DNA of 63,745 nucleotides, the filler included, from Folioceros fuciformis (lineage: Eukaryota): the NCBI GenBank assembly GCA_049999805.1. It is 5 parts of 4 records of this genome, joined end to end, with 100 filler letters (N's around TTAATTAATTAA, not from the genome) between each part and the next. Parts side by side here need not be neighbours in the genome. Positions count along the whole stretch, not along the records: positions 56,771 to 60,027 come from JBNGIO010006194.1; positions 60,128 to 63,745 come from JBNGIO010006199.1; 3 more parts are not named here. One strand, written 5' to 3'. Numbering within the stretch: the first letter of the stretch is position 1; each line of letters opens with the position of its first letter. The notes under the pieces are model-generated. The model searched no databases and was not told the origin of the DNA. It saw only the letters and a list, made by a program, of their open reading frames with translations. Of the stretch, positions 56,952 to 63,745 are shown piece by piece. Position numbers and translations under genes: made by a program.

Positions 56952-59900
56952 TCAATCTTCACGCTCCGTGCTTGCTCTCCGGTCCGCCGCTGTGCTCCAC
57001 CTCAAGGGATTGCCTGCTGATCTCAGCCCCATGGCCGCCGCATGCTCATAATGCTTGATGCGCCCCAAGGCCTTCGTCAGTATGTCTGCGGTCATTGCTT
57101 CTGTGGGGCAGTAGGAGATCCTTACCAGGCCTTGAGCTACAGATTCGCGGATGTAGTGATGCTCAATTCCAATATGCTTGGTCCTGGCGTGGAAGCGAGG
57201 ATTCATCGTTAGCGCGATTGCGCTCTGGTTGTCACACAGCAAATCTATTGGCAGTTCCTGCGGTATGCCCAGCTCTCTCAATGCTCCCACTGACCAGGTG
57301 ATTTCTTTGCACGCCTCCGTGAGGCTCTTGTATTCCGCTTCCGTAGAGGACAGGGCAATGGTTGACTGCTTCTTGCTGCTCCATGAGATTGCCCCGCCTG
57401 CTAGGATTGTCACATAACTACTAATGCTCTTGCGGCTGTCTGGGTCTCCACCCCAGTCAGCGTCGCTGTAGACTGTAAGACACAGTGCATTCTTTGCCTT
57501 CGAGCTGTACAAGATCCCCCACTCAGCTGTCCCAGCAATATACCTATAGACCCTTGTCATCAGGTCTTGATGTGCTCGATTGGGATTTGAGACAAACCGT
57601 GAGGTCAGTCCAGAGGTGAACGCCAGATCAGGCCTGCTGCCTATCATCAAATGCATTATGCTTCTGTTCTCCGATGAATACAACTCGACATAGTGTGCGT
57701 CCTCCTCAGGTATCTCTCCCTGCTGCTGAGTGTACTTTACATTCTGCTCTACTGGAGTAGCTACAGGCTTGCAGCCAGTCATGCCATATCTGGCCAAAAT
57801 CTGCTGAGCATACTTGTGCTGGTGCAGGAAAATGGTGCCCGCACCCCGATTTCGAAGTAGCTGCATGCCCAAGCAGTAGGAGAGAGCACCAGCCTCTGTA
57901 GTCTTAAATGCTCTTCTCAGGTTTTCCTTCAAGTCAGATATCATGCGTAGAGAGTTACTGAGGATGATGATATCATCCACATAAATGGCGAGTGCCAGGA
58001 AGCTTGTCCCTTCTCTTTTCACATAGACGTTACTGTCAGCGTGCAAGCTTCCATATCCGAGCTCTGTCAGGTACGTGTGGATTCTTTCGTACCATGCTCG
58101 GGGGCTTTGCTTAAGCCCATACAAATTCTTTCTAAGTTTGCATACGGGACGAGACAAATTCGTAGGCACTGATACTCCTGCAGGCACTTGCATATATATC
58201 TCCTCCTGCAGGTTCCCATAAAGAAATGCTGTGGTGACATCGAGCTGCTCCAGCTCGAGATTGTTCACCGCGGCAAGTGCCACAAACATTCGCAAGGTAG
58301 TGAGCTTAACAACAGGGCTGAACGTGTCATCATAGTCCACCCCAGGTATTTGTGAATACCCTTTTGCTACTAACCTTGCTTTATACCTCGCGATGCTTCC
58401 ATCAGCTTTTAGTTTAATCTTGAACACCCACTTACTGCCCACTGGTTTCCTGTCTGCAGGGAGACTAGCTATAGTCCAGGTTTGGTTCTCATACAGAGAA
58501 GCTAGTTCAGACTGGATGGCGTTATGCCAATGTTCAGCATTAGGGCAGCTGAGTGCTGCTTCATACGTAGGAGGTTCGTACAGAACGGTGTTGGCAGCTA
58601 GGCAGTAGGACAGGTTTGATTTAGGATGCCGAAAATCTTCGGGTGCAAACATATCTGGTGGTCGGCGTGTTCTCTGAGACTGCCGAGGCTTCCTTCTGTG
58701 CTGCTCAACTGGAGAAGCTGACGGAATCACTGTCTCGGGCTCTTCAAAGGTCAAAGACCCAGCTGAAGGTGTGTCTTGCAGATTCCGGCTGCTAATTATG
58801 CGTCCAGGTGTGCGCATAGGTGTCTGCATAATGGGTGACTGTGGTGCTGGAGGTCTGACTGGTGGCGCCTGTGGTTGTGCTGCAAGTACTGCTGGCGCAG
58901 CAGGAAGAGGAACGCGTATATCGCCAACCATCATCTCCTCCTCCTCTTCTGCTGAGCCATCATCCGAGCTGGAATAGTCAGGAGGAGTTGCTCCCACTGG
59001 CTGTTGGGACTCCACTCCTTCGACGAACACCACGTCCCGGGAATGGGTGACGACCTTCGTTCGCCGATTGAGCACCTTATACCCTTTGATGCCGTCAGTG
59101 AACCCGATAAAAATACAATGGTTGGACTTGGGTTCGAACTTTCTACGTAGGTCCTTGTGGATTTGGGTGTACACCGACGAGCCAAAGACACGGAGGTGAG
59201 CAAGGTTGGGCTTCTTGCCTGTCCACATTTCATAAGGTGTTTTTCCCTTCACAGATTTGTGGGCTACCCGGTTTTGAATGTAGGTAGCATACCCTACTGC
59301 CTCTGCCCAGTAAGCTTTTGGCAGATTTGCGTACTGGAGCATGCTGGAAGCCGAAGTCTCCAAGGACTGATTCTTGTGTTCAGAAACCCCATTCTGTTGT
59401 GGGGTATAGGCGTTCGTCAGCTGCCTAGCGATGCCATGCTGGGTGCAAAAAGCATCGAATTCCTTGGATGTGTACTCACCGCCGTTGTCGGACCTCAGGA
59501 TTTTCAGATGATGACCAGTTTGGGTCTCAGCCCAAGCCTTGTACTCCACAAAGCATGCGAAAGTTTCTGACTTCTGCTTCAGGAAATATACTACACAAAA
59601 ACAGGTGTAGTCATCGATGAAAGTGGTAAAATACTCCTTCCCTCCAAGAGATACTGGTAGCTTTCCGCATACATCACTGTGTACGAGCCCTAAGATTTCT
59701 GTGGCTCTTGTTGCTTGTCCAACAGGGAAGGATGTGCGCTTGTGTTTGCCCAACACACAAGCCTCACACACTCCAAAATTCTGGAGGTTGTCAAGTGTGA
59801 TACCGTCCACCAGCTTATCTTTGTACATGCTCACAAGCTTCTGAAAATTAATATGACCCAGGCGAAGGTGCCAAAGGTACGTGAGAGATGGCTTTGCATA

Positions 59901-59987
59901 ATGCGAGTGATCAGAAGCGGAGAGGGCTTGCTCTTCCGTCACATCTAAATGATATAGGTCGTCCTGCTGCAGGTGTCCAGTGGCCAA
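56952..59987 (-). mobile_element. Ty1/copia element E pol (gag-pre-integrase, integrase, RT, RNase H), 1011 aa open, 5'-truncated
   Basis: LWHLRLGH, CEAC, VHSDVCG, RSDNGGEY, QLDVTTAFLYG, IYVDD, YSDADW, ADILTK. A purine tract and LTR-like sequence with TATAAATA follow directly (56771-56950). Confidence 0.95.
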
Positions 59988-60027
59988 GAGGGTGCCATCC
60001 TTGTTCTCGACGACACATCTACCATCT

Positions 60028-60127
60028 NNNNNNNNNNNNNNNNNNNNNNNNNNNNNNNNNNNNNNNNNNNNTTAATTAATTAANNNNNNNNNNNNNNNNN
60101 NNNNNNNNNNNNNNNNNNNNNNNNNNN
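60028..60127. other. Artificial contig spacer
   Basis: N44-TTAATTAATTAA-N44. Confidence 0.95.
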
Positions 60128-60238
60128 GGAGAAATCAAATCTGCGTGTGTAGACTCCTTCACAGCTACTTCTGAATTGGGTTGCCTCCCAAGCAGCGCTT
60201 AATGTTTATAGTCTTTCAGCCTAGACTTGTACCTCCAT

Positions 60239-63200
60239 TTAATCCTCATGTTGTGGAGCGTTTTGGAGGGGTACATCCTCCACTTCATGCTCCACAAACG
60301 TCTCATAGTATGGCTTGAGGCGATGGCCATTCACTTTGAACTCGTTACCTGTTTGTTCACTCTTTATCTGCACAGCTCCATGAGGAAACACATGAGTAAT
60401 AACAAAAGGTCCAATCCAACGAGAACGAAGTTTACCTGGAAAGAGTTTAAGACGAGAATGGAATAAAAGAACTTTCTGTCCCACAACAAAAGTCTTCCTA
60501 CGAATCATCTTATCATGGAATGCCTTAGTCTTGTCCTTGTAGATCTTGGCACTTTCGAAAGCATCATTCCTAATCTCCTCTAACTCTTGCAATTGTAGCT
60601 TCCTATGAAGCCCAGCCTCATCTAGATCCATGTTAAACTGCTTCACAGCCCACCAAGCTTTGTGCTCTAACTCCACAGGTAAATGGCAAGGTTTGCCATA
60701 GACAATTCGATATGGGGACATACCTATGGGAGTCTTGTATGCAGTTCTGTAGGCCCACAAAGCATCCTCTAAACGCAAGGACCAATCCTTTCTGTTAGGA
60801 TTCACAGTCTTCTCTAATATCCCCTTGATTTGACGATTTGAGACCTCAGCTTGCCCACTTGTTTGGGGATGATAAGGTGTAGAAACCTTATGTGTCACAT
60901 CATATTTCTTCAAGAGAGCCTCAATCGTCCGATTGCAAAAGTGGGAACCACCATCACTAATGAGAACTCTAGGCATTCCAAACCTGCTAAAGATGTTAGA
61001 CTTGATAAAATCTGCAACAACCTTAGAGTCATTAGTTCGAGTGGCTTTTGCCTCCACCCATTTCGAAACATAATCCACAGCAAGCAAGATGTAGAGAAAG
61101 CCAAAAGATGAAGGAAAAGGTCCCATGAAATCTATACCCCAGACATCAAATATTTCAACAGTTATGATATTAGATAAAGGCATTTGATCTCTAGAGCTTA
61201 GATTTCCTGTTCGTTGGCATCTATCACAAGTCAAACAATATGCATAAGCATCCTTAAATAACGTTGGCCAAAAGAACCCAGATTCCAACACTTTAAACGC
61301 AGTCTTCTTAGACCCAAAGTGACCCCCACATGCTTTAGAATGGCAAAAAGAAAGTATAGCATTATGTTCATGTTCAGGCACACATCTCCTAATCAATTGA
61401 TCAGAGCAATACTTCCACAGATAAGGTTCATCCCAAACATATTGTTTAACAGTTTTCTTAAGCCTATCTCTATGAGCACGTGACATGGTATCAGGAATTT
61501 TCCTAGAAACAATGTAATTCACAATATCCGCATACCATGGTTCACTTACCTGGATTCCAAAGAGTTGTTCATCTGGAAACGTCTCCACCAAAGGGAGAGG
61601 GTCTTCTGCGTGCACCAAACGACTCAAGTGGTCAGCTACCACGTTCTCACTACCCTTCTTGTCCTTGATTTCAACGTCAAACTCTTGCAAGAGTAGGATC
61701 CATCTAATGAGCCTTGGTTTCGCCTCCTTCTTGGTCATCAAGTACTTCAAAGCTGCATGGTCAGTATAAATAATAACCTTGGTACCAAGTAAGTAAGAAC
61801 GAAATTTCTCAAGTGCAAAAACAACTGCAAGGAGCTCTTTCTCTGTAGTGGAATAGTTCAATTGCGCATCATTAAGAGTCCTTGAGGCGTAGTAGATGGC
61901 ATAAGGTCGTTTGTCCTTCCTTTGCCCCAAAACAGCTCCAACTGCATAGTCAGAGGCGTCACACATCAACTCAAAGGGCAAGGACCAATCTGGAGGCAAC
62001 ATGATGGGAGCTGACGTCAACAGCTCCTTGAGCTTGTCAAAGGCCTCTTGACACTCCTTGTCAAACACAAACGCCACATCCTTTTGGAGTAGTTGGCATA
62101 AAGGTCTCGAAATCTTTGAGAAGTCCTTGATAAACCTCCTGTAAAAACCTGCATGGCCAAGAAAAGAGCGAATCTCTCTCACAGAAGTGGGAGAGGGTAA
62201 GTAACGCACAAGGTCTACCTTAGCTTTATCAACTTCTATTCCTCTAGATGAAACAATATGCCCTAAAACTATACCTTGTCTAACCATAAAATGACATTTT
62301 TCCCAATTTAGCACAAGGTTAGTTTCCACACAACGTTTTAAGATAATTTCAAGATTATTAAGACAATCATCAAAGCTTTTTCCGAAAACAGAAAAGTCAT
62401 CCATGAATACCTCTATGATTTTCTCAATATAATCTGAAAATATACTTACCATACACCTCTGAAAGGTACCTGGGGCGTTGCATAGTCCAAAAGGCATGCG
62501 ACGATAAGCAAACGTTCCAAAGGGACAAGTGAATGTCGTCTTCTCTTGGTCTTCATTGGCTATGGCAATCTGATTGTAGCCTGAGTAGCCATCGAGGAAG
62601 CAGTAGTAATCATGTCCAGCCAAACGCTCAAGCATTTGATCAATGAATGGAAGAGGAAAGTGATCTTTCCTTGTTGTTGCGTTGAGCTTCCTGTAGTCAA
62701 TGCAAACTCTGTGGCCAGTAACTGTCCTTTGGGGTACCAATTCGTTTTCTGCATTCTTCACAACAGTCACTCCTGACTTCTTAGGTACAACTTGAACTGG
62801 GGACACCCATTTGGAGTCTGAAATTGGGTATATGACGCCACAATCTAGGAGTTTGATGACCTCCTTCTTCACAACTTCCATCATAGGAGGGTTGAGACGA
62901 CGTTGAGCCTCTCTAGTGGGTTTAGTCCCCTCCTCAAGAAGTATCCTATGGACGCAAGTAGTAGGGCTTATTCCCTTGATATCCGCCAATGTCCATCCTA
63001 TGGCGGTCTTGTGTTGTTTCAACATCTCCACCAATCTCTCCTCTTGAGAAGAAGTAAGAGATGAGGACACTATCACTGGTAAAGTCTCCTTGTCTCCTAA
63101 GTAGACATACTTCAAGTGGTCTGGGAGAGGTTTAAGTTCAAGTTCTGGTGCCTGGACCACTGAAGGTAAAGTCTTATTAGCAGATAACTGAATGGACAAG

Positions 63201-63745
63201 GGTGGAGGAGATTTACCTACAAAGGATGATGCCTCAAGGAAGGACACATTAGCAATGATTTCGTCCTCACATGTTTCCTTGAGCACATCCTCATGGAGTG
63301 TGACGCCATCCTTGGTGTAGCCCACTCCTTGTTCAAGTGTGGTGGCCAAAGTATCCTCATTCATGACATCAAACATTTCCTGCGCAAGATTGTCTAGAAT
63401 ATCAATAGAAAAACAATCATTAACATCAAGAGGATACCTCATGGCTTCAAATATGTTGAAGCCAATAACGTCACCATCAAATTCCATGGTGAGAGAGCCA
63501 TCATACACATCAATCTTTGTTCTAGCCGTCCTTAAGAAAGGGCGACCCAATAGTAATGGCGTTGAACTCACAGGGGAGTCCTCCATCTCCAACACATAGA
63601 AGTCAGCTGGAAAGAAAAGATGATTAACCTGCACAAGAACATCTTCCAACAAACCTCTAGGGTATGCATTAGATCTGTCAGCTAACTGAATGATAACATT
63701 GTTAGATTTAAGCTCACCTAGACCTAGGGTTTCATAAACAGAATA
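60239..63745 (-). mobile_element. Ty3/gypsy pol, Athila-like non-chromovirus (protease end, RT, RNase H, integrase), open frame running off the window
   Basis: [73 protein letters not shown]. No chromodomain. GCGCTGCTTGGGAGGCAACCCA follows the stop, a motif I recall from Athila-type elements. Confidence 0.93.

Noticed and set aside
53020-63745. Apparent tandem cluster of three retrotransposon pol genes
   Set aside because: These are separate contigs placed side by side, not a real cluster or chimeric element.

Overview
Eukaryotic land-plant nuclear DNA. Short introns (mostly about 80-170 bp), tight gene packing and an Arg-rich H1 suggest a non-seed plant such as a hornwort or lycophyte; this is inference. 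The window is five unrelated contigs (1-26744, 26845-52919, 53020-56670, 56771-60027, 60128-63745) joined by artificial N44-TTAATTAATTAA-N44 spacers. There are also internal N gaps at 2862-2961, 14585-14984, 22508-22607 and 44045-44144. Contig 1 holds nested, decayed Ty1/copia elements (one complete, with 148-bp LTRs, PBS and a GCAGT target-site duplication), a MULE/SWIM transposase relic, an FPF1-like gene and a 12-exon plastid pyruvate kinase. Contig 2 is gene-dense: PIE1 (SWR1 ATPase), a thylakoid-lumen pentapeptide-repeat protein, ARV1 with a probable U12 intron, two HMA-domain genes (one lacking the metal-binding cysteines) and an H1-derived Arg-rich protamine-like locus. Contigs 3-5 are pol fragments: two copia and one Athila-like gypsy. 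There are two main leads. (1) A copia family carries a conserved antisense accessory gene between pol and the 3' LTR, which I do not recognise. Homologous copies lie at 5278-6101 and 53096-53786, and a positionally equivalent ORF lies at 12455-13120. (2) A candidate sperm H1/protamine polyprotein precursor lies at 43417-46865. All alignments and gene models were made by eye, and no database searches were run.
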